Of a stretch of 64,000 nt of DNA, positions 27,314 to 39,657 are shown piece after piece. The stretch is taken from the NCBI RefSeq assembly GCF_009914755.1, contig NC_060927.1. One strand, 5' to 3'. Numbering within the stretch: the first letter of the stretch is position 1; every line of letters starts with the position of its first letter. Source of the stretch: the human T2T-CHM13v2.0 reference genome, Homo sapiens. The notes beneath the pieces were generated by a model. That model had not been told where the DNA came from, searched no databases, and saw nothing but the letters and a program-made list of their open reading frames with translations. Position numbers and translations under genes: made by a program.

Positions 27314-27754
27314 GGTATATCCACTTCCAGGGATACAATTTAGTTATCCCCATCTCTATTCTTCTACACAAGAGGGTTGCTATCAACAAATAATTTTAAG
27401 CATACGAAAAGGCAAAACAAAATAACACATCCAAAGAGCCAAAGGAATCAACACAACTAGACCCAGATATGACATCAATGCAGAAAATATGAGACAGAGA
27501 ATTTAAAATAACTACAATTAAAATATTAAAGGCTCTAATGAAGAAAGTAAATGATAAGCAAAATGAAGATTCCTTTTAAATACATATCAAGGCAGAAAAA
27601 ACTAACCTACAAAAGATTAAAAAAAAATCAGGCTGGCCTCAAACTTCACATCAACATTCAAATACAGCAAAACTAACTGTGGTATACAAAGTGACCCAAC
27701 ATACCCACAATACACCCACACAAAATACCATTCAGTTATCAATGCCAAGAAGTC

Positions 27755-27993
27755 TCTATTTATTTATTTAGACAGGCTCTTACTCAGTTGGCCAAGCTGG
27801 AGTTCAGTGGCACAATCACGGCTCACTGCAACCTCGACTTCCTGGGCTCAGGTGATTCTCTTACCTCAGCCTCCTGAGTATCTGGGACTATTGGTGTGTG
27901 CCACCATGCCTTGCTAATTTTCTGTATTTTTTGTAGAGATGGGGTTTTGTCAAGCTGCCCAGGCTGGTATTGAACTCCTGGGCTCAAGTAACC
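27755..27993 (-). mobile_element. AluJ, 5'-truncated
   Basis: GGCTCACTGCAACCTCGACTTCCTGGGCTCAGG...GAACTCCTGGGCTCAAG; TSD TGCCAAGAAGTC (27743-27754) / TGTCAAGAAGTC (27994-28005). Confidence 0.93.
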
Positions 27994-30900
27994 TGTCAAG
28001 AAGTCATTACTAAACACACAAAAAAATGTTCAGAAATTTGCTACCTACACTCCTCGTAGAGAAAAAAATAATAAAACCAGCCAATTTTAGATTGGAATTA
28101 ATATTCATACCTGAGAAATAGAGATATTATATTAAGAGACATAGAAGTGAACACTAAACTCATTCTATAAAAATATAGACACTTAACTCAAAAAAAAATT
28201 CTTCAAATAAATAAAATCCCACTGAATATATATTGAGTGCTTAATATGTTCCAGGCATTACTCTGAATAAATGGAATTGAGCAGAGAAAAGGAACAAACA
28301 AAAATATTTGTGTGCATGAAGCTGACCCATTTAGACATAAAATTACTGAATAACAAGAGAATTATGACTGCAAAACTAGATGTGAATTCTATAATCCTAG
28401 AAAATTCAAAATCAATTGTTTAAGTGATAAGAACCAGAATATAAGGATAGGAAAGCTGAGAAGATGCATCAAAAATGCTAAATTTTCCTCTTTCATGGCA
28501 TGGCTTCAATTGTTTTCAATTATAAACATGTTCTTTTAAAAATATAACTCAAAAATTGTAATTATTTTCACAATTTTTTCCTTAAGGAGAATTTCTTTTA
28601 AATCCTTTGTTGTAAATTTATTTGAGATTCATCAATTCTTTTAATTTCATTTTAGTCTCTTTTTCTTGTTGATTTCAAGTAAAAGTAAAATCAATCTTAT
28701 TTTATTTTTCAGTTTCTACAGTACCGTTCAATAGTTCTAAAATTATTTTTCTATTATTTATCTGAATTATGTCTTATATAATGTTTGTCTAGAGTAATGA
28801 GGTTTATTTTCAAATAGTGGGATTGCTTTTTTCTTAATTTTATTTTGTACATTTCTGTACTGTTTAAATTCTCTACAATGAGCATAAATTATTTTTATAA
28901 ATAACAATATAACTTTTTTTTCTCAAAAGGCAAGTTATTACTGGGTGGTGAGAATATGAATGATGGTAATTTTCTTCTTTGTCTTTTTCTTTAGTTTGGA
29001 AAAAAAAGGATTTAAATAAAGTGACAGTGTAAAATACCGAGTAACATGAAATGTGACAATGTTTTAAAAAATGGAATAACAGGCAGTCTGGTAGATAAAT
29101 AAGCTTCTGGAGGACAGAGTTGTACCCACCAGGAACTACTATGAAGGATCTAAGAGCATTCTCCCCATCCCTTTTCAACATGAATTACTTCAGAGTCAGA
29201 GATCTTTGAGAAATAGTTTTGCTCTTTGAGGAGTGGTGATGGACAGAAAATCTGCATGGGGAACAAAGGTTGCTGGATCTGTCTGTCTGGCTTGCTCCAA
29301 GAGGTACATGTGCGCTATTAGCCACTGTCACCCAAATGGTCTGTATTGCCTCTGTTTTGGTAATAGGATCCTAATTCTGAACTAGTGAACCAGACTAATA
29401 CCTGAGCTGCTTTTTTTTTAAATCCCTGAAAAGGGAAGCAAATCATTTCATTTAAAATGTTATTTAATATGCCTAAACTATACTGACTAGGAATTTCTAT
29501 TCATTTCTCGCTGAGATAAGCTAATGGCTACATGGTAAACTCTCCAGGAAATAGTTACACGGAAACCGGGAATGAGTCCAGGTTCCCTTTTGTTGTTTTT
29601 GTCAACCAATAGCACAAATCCTCTTGAAACCTGCAGCTTATCATGCTCATTATCTAAAGTGGAACAAAAACTGCCATTAATGTTCCAGAGGGGGCCTTGG
29701 GTGAGAAGGTGGAGAGATGAGAAGCTTTAAAATATGGAACACTTAGTTCAGGCTGGGGAAGTGTCTGAAGTAAAGTTTTTTAAAAGAATCATAGTAGAAA
29801 ATAGATTGCATATTTTCATAAAGTAAATTGCCTGGGTAATACATAAATTTAAAAGACAGTAGTTCTTGTTACCTTCACAATGTGCCCCGTGTTCTGAATA
29901 TATACCTGCTGTCAGATTCTGTCTATTCACGAATAGCAATGCTTCACATTCTATGGCCATAAGAAGATTTATTTTAAAACAATAGAGAAAGTCACCAATT
30001 AGCAGCACAAAAGGGAAAAAACAGAAAGAGAAAGAGATTCCTTGTTCAGCAGGGATGCCTTTTAATGCTTTCTTGTCAGACTTCTATGGCTCCATGCGCT
30101 CTATCAGTTACTTTAGGTCTCAGACATGGAACATTTCTTTCAAAAGGTCATCCCTACATGGCATTTTCCCCCATTCAATTTTTAGAAATTCTAACCCCAG
30201 TAAGTTTAACCATCTAGGAGCCTGAGAGCAACAACATATTTCAGTGCTGCTGAAACCAGTGTTAGATTAAATACAGGCCTCATGGATGTTTTCCATATGA
30301 CATCTTTGTAGCTGCAACAGCCTACTCAAAAATCATCAGCTTTCAAGGTGTTGAGGTTTGCAAGACATCAAGAAAATTGAAGAGCACAACATTATTAGAT
30401 TTTAAAACTATGGTCAAAGTATAACCTATTTTAAATGTAATGAATTTTCAACCAATAAAAGGTCAACAATAGCTCTTGAGTCGTGAGTACATGTATAACC
30501 CTGGAGCGCTACACAGTATGATCTGGACAATTTGCAGAGTAACCACAGTCTGGGAGATGCATGCCTGCTAGAAAGTCACCTTTCAAGTCATTGTTTGTCT
30601 TTGCCTTTATGGAGAAGGTGAAATACACTTCAAAGCTTTAAACACACTCTCAGAATTTAGGGACTTGCCACCATTTAGAAACTGTTTGAGGACAATGAAG
30701 GTTGAAAGGCTTCAGCCTATAAAGTCCCTCAGGATTTGAGATCAAAGCTGAGGCCAGTTCAAGAAATCTGCAGCCAATGGTAGCTCAATACATAGGAGAA
30801 ATGGTCAGCTACCCTTTGTTATCATTTGAGGCAGAAAAAAAGTTTTCCTACCCATGATGATTTCATCATTAAGTCTAAACAGGGTCTAACAACACCATCA

Positions 30901-31929
30901 TTAGTGCACCCTTTTAGTGTGCCTGCATGTGGGGTGTGGCATGTGTGTTAAAATTAAGAGGTAAAATTGGTGATGGGGTGGAAATCAGTACACCAATAAA
31001 AAATATTTAATTAAATTCATTAAGTGTTTATAAGGTAAAACCTACGTGTCCTATACAAGGGCCCATGCTACATTGCTTCATACTGGAGACAGTGAAATAT
31101 AGTGATATTTATGATAGATTTTTAAAGATCTTACAATTTAAAGACATAAAAATTGATCTTTTTCTTTTAGAAAGAATATAAATTGAGAGCTAAAATTTGT
31201 ATTCAATAAGCAAAACAAATACTTTGTTTATGCGTTAGCTCTATTAGTACGTGAAAGAAAGAAAACTGAAGAAGAAAAAGGACAGAAGGGTTCAGAGAGA
31301 ATGAAAAATGGAAGGAAAACATTGAGGAAAGATACACATGGAGAGAGGTTAACACACAAGACAAATAAAAACATGTAAGAAGGGAGGATTACTATATGAG
31401 AAAATCAGAGGAAGAGAAAAGAGAAATGGAAAAGACAAAAGAGGCAAAAAAAAAAATAAAGGAGAAAAACTCAGAATGATGGGGAAGACAGAGGTAAAAG
31501 AAAAGAGATTCCAGAATTTTTTTAAGTACCATAAAAAAGCAGAAGAAAAGTGAGACTGAAATACAGACACTGGCTGAGGTAGAAGGAATACAGATAAGTA
31601 TCACAGATTCTGAAGTATTAGGTAGAGATAAACTGTTCGTGTCCTATTCTGCTGCTCTCTTCTCTGGCAAATTTAGACAACATGATTAATTCTCTTTGAC
31701 GTCCTGAGTGAGCATTGGTCATAGCCCAGAAGATCCCCTCTGAGTATATAGCCACATTAGCCAAGTAAAAAGAAACATTTTCTCAGACTTGCCAAGGTAT
31801 GACTGGTGAGATTACACTCTAGAGGATATTCCACCAAAAAAAAAAAATCTAGATTTTGGCTGAGAGATTTCCAAGTGATAATTCAAGCAAGGTTTTCAGA
31901 AGACTTCCTGAATATGCAAATCTCCATAT

Positions 31930-32148
31930 CATATTTCTCAACTGTGGCACTGTTGACATTTCAAGCCGGATAATTCCTTCTGTGCCAGGGTTGTCTGTGT
32001 ATTGTAGGATTTTAGCAGAATCCCTGACCTCTCTGTACTAGATGCCAGTAGCACCTGCCTGTAGCTACAATCAAAACCAGACATTGCCAACTGTCCCCTG
32101 GGGAGCCTGGGTGGAGTGCAAAATCACGCTGTGGAGCACCACTGCTCT
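31930..32148. mobile_element. MER20 hAT MITE
   Basis: TTTCTCAACTGTGGCACTGTTGACATTT...CTAGATGCCAGTAGCACC...CCAGACATTGCCAACTGTCCCCTGGGG...ACCACTGCTCTA. Confidence 0.88.
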
Positions 32149-32245
32149 AATGCATTAACATTAATGAGTTTGCACAATTAGATAGCAAAGAGTAGGAAAT
32201 AGGTATTTCCTGGATAAGGTGTGATGCTGCACAGAAATTAACCAT

Positions 32246-32282
32246 GTTGAGTCCAACACCTTAACCACTCGGCCATCACAGC
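32246..32282 (-). pseudogene. 5'-half tRNA-Ser(CGA) tailless retropseudogene
   Basis: Minus strand GCTGTGATGGCCGAGTGGTTAAGGTGTTGGACTCAAC corresponds to tRNA-Ser(CGA) from nt 1 to the anticodon loop; perfect 16-bp TSD CACAGAAATTAACCAT at 32230-32245 and 32283-32298. Confidence 0.88.
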
Positions 32283-33284
32283 CACAGAAATTAACCATAT
32301 CTAAATTACAGTTAGTCCCAATTTCCTCTCACCCACCTTCACAAACCCATAATGTTAGCTTAGTTCTATACATCCCTTCTAGGAGACCTGGGACCATTGG
32401 TCTAACCAGAGTTTGGAGAGAGTCCCCGGAGCACCAACTATAATCAGGACAGTCGGCTGGGTGCTTCTTATCAACTCTGGATTGAGGGCGGTGGCCACAG
32501 CATCAAATGGGCCAACACAAATACTGAATGACAAATGCTTTAGAGTCAGATTAACTATAGTACAGGAGGGGGGCATGATTTTCTGGCACAGAATCCTCCA
32601 CTAGAGTGTCATTTTCCTCTCTAGGCTTTCTATTTGAAAACCCTCAGAGAACATTAAAAACTTCAGTTTTAGCAGGTGCCTGGCTTTGCTGAGTTCAATT
32701 AAGTTGCACAGTTTCTAAATTACCCCCCAGATATTAGCCATAGGCTATTGAGACACAAGCCAGGCAGGATGCAGGCCAGGGTCTAAGGATTCTAATCAAC
32801 TCCAAAGAGGAATTTCAACTCCTAAAACGACCCTGGAATTTTGCCATGAGCAGGTCTTTGAGTTCGGCTACTTTATTTAGATAGCACTATGATGAGGCAT
32901 AGCCATCAGGACATTGCTATGCTATCTTTCATATGTAATTTTCTTGCTTATGATGCCAGCTTTCAGTCAGCCTTTACCCCATGGTTTTTTGTTTGTTTGT
33001 TTGTTTTTATTTTTATTGTTTTGGTATACAGATCTCTTTTCAATACAACTTTTTTATTATGCAGAAAATAAACTTAACTACTCAGATAACTCTGTTTATA
33101 TTTGTTAGCAGACAAAAAAAGTGAGAAATACACGTTAGATTAGAAAAATAGAAACTATACCCAAAAGATAGAAAATGAAAAGTGAAAATCTGTCTTTCCT
33201 TCCTTTTCCTCAAGAGAAATCATTCTCTGCAGTTTCAAGTGACTCTGGGCATGGGAAATCACCATAACTGAATGCACACATATA

Positions 33285-33348
33285 TTCACTGTCCACTAAT
33301 GATGAGGCTTTGGATATGCAGCACATTGTTAGAAAATAAATATCAATT
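33285..33348 (+). repeat. 64-bp local direct repeat, copy A
   Basis: 57/64 identical, ungapped, to 34934-34997. Confidence 0.9.
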
Positions 33349-33744
33349 ATGATTTCACATAGAAAGATTTTATATTAAGCATCCTGTTCTCTACTTTTAT
33401 GAAAATCTGTTTTAGAGATTATCCCATCTGTTTTCATAGTGACCTAGATCAGTCTTTTGAGGATTGTTCCACATGAAATTGTGTGGATATATAACTCTAA
33501 TCTGTATGCTATTGAAAGCAACTTTAGGTTTTTGTTGTTGTTGATGATGATTTTGATACTACACAGAAAGACACAAAGAATACTCTTGTACATAAATCTT
33601 AGTAAACTTTTGCAAATGTATCCATAGGAAACATTTTCTAATGATTTTAAAAGTGTAATATCTCTAGACTTCCTCCTGGAATCATTCATTCTGGGAGAAG
33701 TTTCAAAATGGTCTCTCATCTAGTCAAAAAGTACATATTTGAAT

Positions 33745-34042
33745 AAGAAAAGACCACACACATATTACATGTTTCCATTTATATAAAATGTCCAGAATAG
33801 GCAAATCTATACAGACAGAAAGTAGACTAAAGGCTGCCAAGGGCCTGTATAGAAAGGGAAATGGGGAGTGATTGAAAATGGAAATAACCTTCTTTCGGGG
33901 GTGATAAAAATGTTCTGGTATTAGATAGTAGTGATGATCACACAACTGCAATATATTATACTACAAACCACTTCATCATTCACTTTAAAAGTGTAAAATT
34001 CATGGTATGTAAATCACGCCTTAATAAAGCTATAATTAAAAC
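33745..34042 (+). mobile_element. L1MB7/8-like 3' end
   Basis: TTCCATTTATATAAAATGTCCAGAATAGGCAAATCTATACAGACAGAAAGTAGA...GGGGTGATAAAAATGTTCTGG...AATAAAGCT. Confidence 0.85.
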
Positions 34043-34619
34043 TATGTATGTGTACATGTAATTTCTACATAAATAAGCAACTATTTTTGTATGTGAATAT
34101 TAATAAGAACAAAGTTGGAAATCTCTACCCAGTTGGGCCTGGACTGACCCAGAGAAAAAAGTGATATTGACCTTGGGTACAAAAGAGGCCAGACTACATT
34201 CTAGGACCCAGATACTTTTTCATTATTTGAAGGGTATCTGTAGCTATATATGGATGCTAATTATATTTTCTGAGGCAATACTCAGAGATTTTATGTAACT
34301 GGTACAAGTTCACTTGTAATCAGACTTACAGTTAGACAGAATGCTTGAGAGCATGTCTGTTCTGGGAAGCTGAGGAGTGAAGTTTCAACACATGCATAGA
34401 GCTAGTATTATCCTGAAAGTTGGAAATAAGAAACAGCAGTTCAAACAAGTACTAAATTACTTCTTATTATGTATTCATTTGGAAATTATCTATTTCACTT
34501 ACAAGGGCCAATTGAAATACAGAAGTGTTAAAATAAAAGCTGCCCAAGTCACAGAAGGCAACCAAAAAGAGGAGGTTAAACATCAGAATTAAAGCGTATA
34601 TTTATATATATTTAATTTG

Positions 34620-34642
34620 ATATATATATATATATATATATA
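34620..34642. repeat. (AT)n microsatellite
   Basis: Perfect AT run. Confidence 0.9.
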
Positions 34643-34933
34643 CAATTACTCTAGAAAGAATCTTAAAGAAGTTTTTTTTTACTACTACCATGAGACTCTT
34701 TGTTTGACAGTCATCTGATTTACATAAAATCAAATCTGGAAACTGAAAAGAAAGAGATAATTACATGCAATTACTTTGCCATGGAAGGTGGTTCCTATTA
34801 CTAAATGGATTTACGTTTCTTTTTTCTTTCCCAATTATCACCACCTGAAAAGAAAAAGAAAAGTCCCTTACATTAACATTCTTGTGTAACCACATTTATT
34901 ATTTGGGGATGAAGGAAGGATCCTCTTTTAAGT

Positions 34934-34997
34934 TTCACTCTCCGCTAATGATGAGGCTTTGAATATGTAGTATATTGTTAGAAAATAAAAATCAATT
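34934..34997 (+). repeat. 64-bp local direct repeat, copy B
   Basis: 57/64 identical, ungapped, to 33285-33348. Confidence 0.9.
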
Positions 34998-35583
34998 CAT
35001 TTACTCCTCCAGGTTTATGTGCAGATTTGGATCCGAGTGTGTTCTTTTCAGACCAAATACTTAGTTCTACAAGTTTTGTGCTTTCTGACTGCCGAATGAT
35101 ATAAGCTCAGTGGATTTTTGCCTTATTCTCTAACAGTCTGGCATTTTTCCAGACCAGAAAAAATTATGTAAATCAGAGAAAAAGAGAAATCTACTATGTG
35201 CTTTATGGAAATTTGAAGAACAAAAGAAGAAACAGAGAAGAACCTGAGAAAGGTGAATTGGCTGTTATTACAATTTTAAAAGGAAATTTTTGAACATATT
35301 GGAATCTAAGGTGTGTATCTAATAATCTGACCTAGATCAGTCTATAAATTACATACATATATATATGTATATATACCTAATTTTGGGGGTTTTCTTCTTG
35401 CTCATTGGATTTGGATTAAATATAAACTGTAACTATACATAATATATGTTACATATTATATATAATATGTTTGTAACTATAATAATATAGTTATATTTAA
35501 CTGTATATAATAATATATATAATGTAACTATATTATATATATAGTTATATATTTATATTCCTTAGAATACCAGCCTGATAAAT

Positions 35584-35603
35584 AAGGTGTATATATAAGG
35601 TGA

Positions 35604-35658
<55 letters not shown>

Positions 35659-35840
35659 TTATATATATATATACACACCATGTATATATATATACACATA
35701 CCATATATATATATACACACACCATATATATATATATACACACCATATATATATATACACACCATATATATATATATATATATACACCTTACATATACAC
35801 CTTTTATATATATATATATACACACACAGGTATATATGTG
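35584..35840. repeat. Compound (TA)n/(CA)n microsatellite with CACACCA(TA)n higher-order units
   Basis: (TA)17 core and several CACACCATATATAT units; source of the YI-repeat ORFs. Confidence 0.97.
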
Positions 35841-36261
35841 TGCAGAGAGAGAGCATTTGTGTGAGAGCAAGAATGCTGAGTTGGCTTTATTCACAAGGGA
35901 GAAAAGATGCAGAGCAAGTGCAAAATTCTAGAATATGTTATTAAAAGGTTTTCTCACTACCTTTAAACCAATGTAACTCACATATTATACACCGTAATTT
36001 ATATAAAAATTGAAATTACACCTGTCACCTACATTTCAATGGTTTGAGCCAGAAATCTGCTCTCTACTTTTTAGATAGTAAAACATTATACTTACATGGA
36101 ATTACCTGAATTCAAACATCCACCTTCATCTGTTAAGTTTTTATTCCTACCAAAATTGTAATGTTTTAAATATGAAGAGTAAACAGAAAGCCTATAATAA
36201 AGGTAGGAGAGTAGCATTCATTTAAAACACTTAATCTGCTTATAGAAAAATTCGTTAATCA

Positions 36262-37042
36262 TAAAACTGCTTTGCAAAGATTATGACAGCAAAAGAAATG
36301 TAGCGTGGCTGACTCCATCTTGTTTCTAGCCTCACAGGCTGGCTGTCTTCACTCATTCCTGGGTGTAGGCCAAGCTAAACATGGGAGGATTTTAGTTTGT
36401 GGCTTATCTTTGAAACAAGGATGATATAGTCCCTCCCTAAAACTAACCCCCTTCTTGCTCAGGGATGGAAAACTATCTTTATAAAATAAATGGAAGGCCA
36501 GGAGATAAAGAGTATAGGACGGGTCTGAATTCTGCTAAAATGTAGGCATAGTTTCTATAATCCCCCCTTACTGCTCAAGAGTCCTGTGGCCAGAGGTCAC
36601 AAGATTTGTGATTTCCTCAATTGCTTCTGCAGATAACATCACTATTATAGAACCTAAGATTGCTCTTTGAGATGATTTTCAGATTTTTGCACTCTAGCAA
36701 CAGACTAATCCCGCTTGGACCATGACTCATGACTCACGACTCATCCAGTCCCGTGGTCCCCACCCGAAAGTGAACTCAGCACATGAGGACCATTTTCCAT
36801 ACCCCTATGATTTCATCCCCAACCAAGCAGCAGCACCCATTCTCTAGTCCCCTCCTCACCAATTTATCCATAAAAACCTTAGCCTCTGAGTTCTCAGGGA
36901 GGCTAATTTGACTAACAATGAACTCCATCTTCCACATGGCAAGCTTTGCATTAATTAAATTTTTTTTTTACTGCACTACTACTGGCTCACTGAATTGCTT
37001 TTGTCTATGCAGTGACCAGGAAAAACCCATCAAGTGATTATA
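36262..37042 (+). mobile_element. ERV1 solo LTR (LTR8A/LTR8B-like)
   Basis: TAAAACTGCTTTGCAAAGATTATGACAG...GACTCCATCTTG...GGCCAGAGGTCACAAGATTTGTG...GATAACATCACTATT...GTGATTATA. Confidence 0.85.
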
Positions 37043-37694
37043 TTTACAACTGAAAAAATAGGTTGAATAAAATATTGATTTCCCTATTCATGAAGAAGCA
37101 ATGAGAAAAGGTAAGTTATATATTTTTTAAAAAGTTAGTCTTTTAAAGGTTTTTCTCATGATCAGGATCAGAAAAACCATAGAAATGTTTTGATCATTGT
37201 GCTTTTCTGTGGATGAAATAATTCCCAAGGATATCCCTTGCCATGGAATCAGGTCCAGAGAGGGAAGGGGAACAGAAACGAATTCTTCAGGCTTGGCTTC
37301 CCAGCCACCTTGTCTGTGAAATGAACTTTCTTTTCTAAGAAAAGCCTAAAGGATTTCATCCTTCCAGCTACTCCGTAGTTGAAGCAGGATTACTAATCTG
37401 GCTGATTTACACCCACCACTAAATTATCTATAAGAGAGAAATTTTTCCCCTTTGCAGTAGTCTCAAATTTATACATATATAGACACACACTCACGTAAAC
37501 TTATAAACATATATATATATGCATGTGTGTGTATATATATAATTAGTTAAGACTAAAATTTGTAATGTGCTTCAGTTTGCAAAGCAATTTCATCGTATGC
37601 TCTTCCTTCTGATTATCATACAGGGCAGATTATTATCCCTAAACTTAAGGAGATGGCGAGGTCATGTAACTTGTCTGATGTCACACAGCTATAA

Positions 37695-37805
37695 TGATGG
37701 TTCCCCAATGTATACATGTATCAAATCATCTTGTTGTATGCCTTGAGTATACACAATTTGTATTTGTCAATAAAAGATTTCAAAATTTAAAAATAGAAAA
37801 AAGAC
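37695..37805 (+). mobile_element. L1MA/MB 3' terminal fragment next to an antisense MIR
   Basis: ATGTATACATGTATCAAATCATCTTGTTGTATGCCTTGAGTATACACAATTTGTATTTGTCAATAAA. Confidence 0.7.
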
Positions 37806-38926
37806 ATTGCTAGGAACACATAAAAAATACACTTTGTTTTAAACTTTAGTTTTTATATTATGTAATTATATATATAACACCTCTGATTTTATTTAACAGA
37901 TACCACTGATCAGTTAGCAATGGTTACTAAGCAGTTAGTTGAATCAGTTTTTAAACTCAGCCCCAAGTTGGAAATTTCTTTTGGACTGTGATATTTTGAA
38001 TCACCGCTTCTGAATTTCCAGTAAATGTAATAGAATCATCTTGAGCTCAGGCAAAAGACGTTTATTTTCCTTCTTATCAGGTGGAAAGTATATTTGTTAT
38101 ATTTTAATTTGATACATTTTAATGAAACCAAATTTCAGTTACACTTGAAGGATAATATCTGCGAGGAGAAAGAAGATAGAGAATTTGGAGTCATCCAAGA
38201 GCTGAGGAAAAATCTACACTGTAATTCCAATTTACCTATTAAGGTCATTTACTCAGAATCATTAGTTTCATTTTTCTATGGGACCATTTCCCTGAGGTGA
38301 AGCCCCAGCATGTCAGACCCTCTTAACAACAGAGAACATTATGAATAATAAATGAGACTAGTGAAGCACTTTAACTGAGTGCTATGTAAGTAATATTATC
38401 TTAAGAGGAAGAAAAATATTCATGTGGGAATTGAATCTGATTTCTTTTTCGCACCATATGGTGATCTCCATGTTAGTACAAAGAATGGCTTGATCTTTTT
38501 TTAATGGAATAAGATTTTGGTGGAGGTCAATACAGGCTCACACTGCAGTGAAATCTCTAGAATATCACAACACACACAACACAGTAAAATAAAACTAAAA
38601 TTCTCAAAAATCTCCATTCAAATCCACATGATCAAAACTGAAAACACTGATAACATTAGGATAGAAATGTGGCAAGACGTATCTTCAAAGTAATGAAATT
38701 CCTTTCTTTATGACATAAAAGAGAAACTATCATTCATAACATAGATACTGAGAAATTTTTGGCTAGAAATGAGCAAAATCATAATTATTACCAATACATA
38801 AAGTCTTGATAATAAACCAAAAAATTAGATCAAGAAGTTGATTTCTTAGTGTGGTTATTTCAAGGCACTTCTAGTTACCCAATATAGGACTGATTCAAAA
38901 CATCAAACCTTAGGAATAAAGACTTA

Positions 38927-39278
38927 TTTTTTAATCCAGTCTATCATTGATGGACATTTGGGTTGGTTCCAAGTCTTTGCTACTGTGAATAGTGATGCAA
39001 TAAACATATGTGTGCATGTGTCTTCGTAGCAGCATGATTTATAATCCTTTGGGTATATACCCGGTAATGGGATTGCTGGGTCAAATGGTATTTCTAGTTC
39101 TAGATCCTTGAGGAATCGCCACACTGTCTTCCACAATGGTTGAACTAGTTTACAGTTCCACCAACAGTGTCAAAGCATTCCTATTTCTCCAAATCCTCTC
39201 CAGCACCTGTTGTTTCCTGACTTTTTAATGATCACCATTCTAACTGGTGTGAGATGGTATCTCATTGTGGTTTTGATT
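38927..39278 (-). mobile_element. L1PA (PA4-6-like) inverted 5' segment, end of ORF2
   Basis: Minus-strand peptide WRFLKDLELEIPFDPAIPLPGIYPKDYKSCCY...WNQPKCPSMIDWIKK matches the L1 ORF2p C-terminus. Confidence 0.95.
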
Positions 39279-39657
39279 AAGAAAATGTGGCACAAATACA
39301 CCATGGAACACTATGCAGCCATAAAAAAGGATGATTTCACGTCCTTTGCAAGGACATGGATGAAGCTGGAAACCATCATTCTCAGCAAACTATCACAAGG
39401 ACAAAAAACCAAACACTGCATGTTCTCACTCATAGGTGGGAATTGAACAATGAGAACACATGGACACAGGAAGGGGAACATCACACACCAGGGCCTGTTG
39501 TGGGGTTGGGGGAGGAGTGAGGGATAGCATTAAGAGATATACCTAATGTAAATGACGAGTTAATGAGTGCAGCACACCAACATGGCACATGTATACATAT
39601 GTAACAAACCTGCACGTTGTGCACATGTACCCTAGAATTTAAAGTAAAAAAAAAAAA
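39275..39657 (+). mobile_element. L1PA sense 3' segment (ORF2 end, 3'UTR, poly-A)
   Basis: [21 protein letters not shown]...[11 protein letters not shown], then the L1 3'UTR and A12. Confidence 0.95.

Noticed and set aside
29680-29698. CTCF-like CCAGAGGGGGC
   Set aside because: The 5' half of the motif does not match; too weak without ChIP data
32246-32282. Functional tRNA gene
   Set aside because: Only the 5' half is present; there is no variable arm, T arm/B box or 3' acceptor strand
34810-34870. Strong minus-strand acceptor (CTTTTCTTTTTCTTTTTCAG)
   Set aside because: No good donor downstream; A-rich tracts produce such matches by chance
34948-35090. Possible C/D-box snoRNA (ATGATGA in both 64-bp copies)
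   Set aside because: No D box with a terminal stem at a suitable distance, and copy A has no nearby CTGA
35528-35944. Six overlapping Tyr/Ile-rich ORFs
   Set aside because: Products of the (TA)n repeat, which has no stop codons
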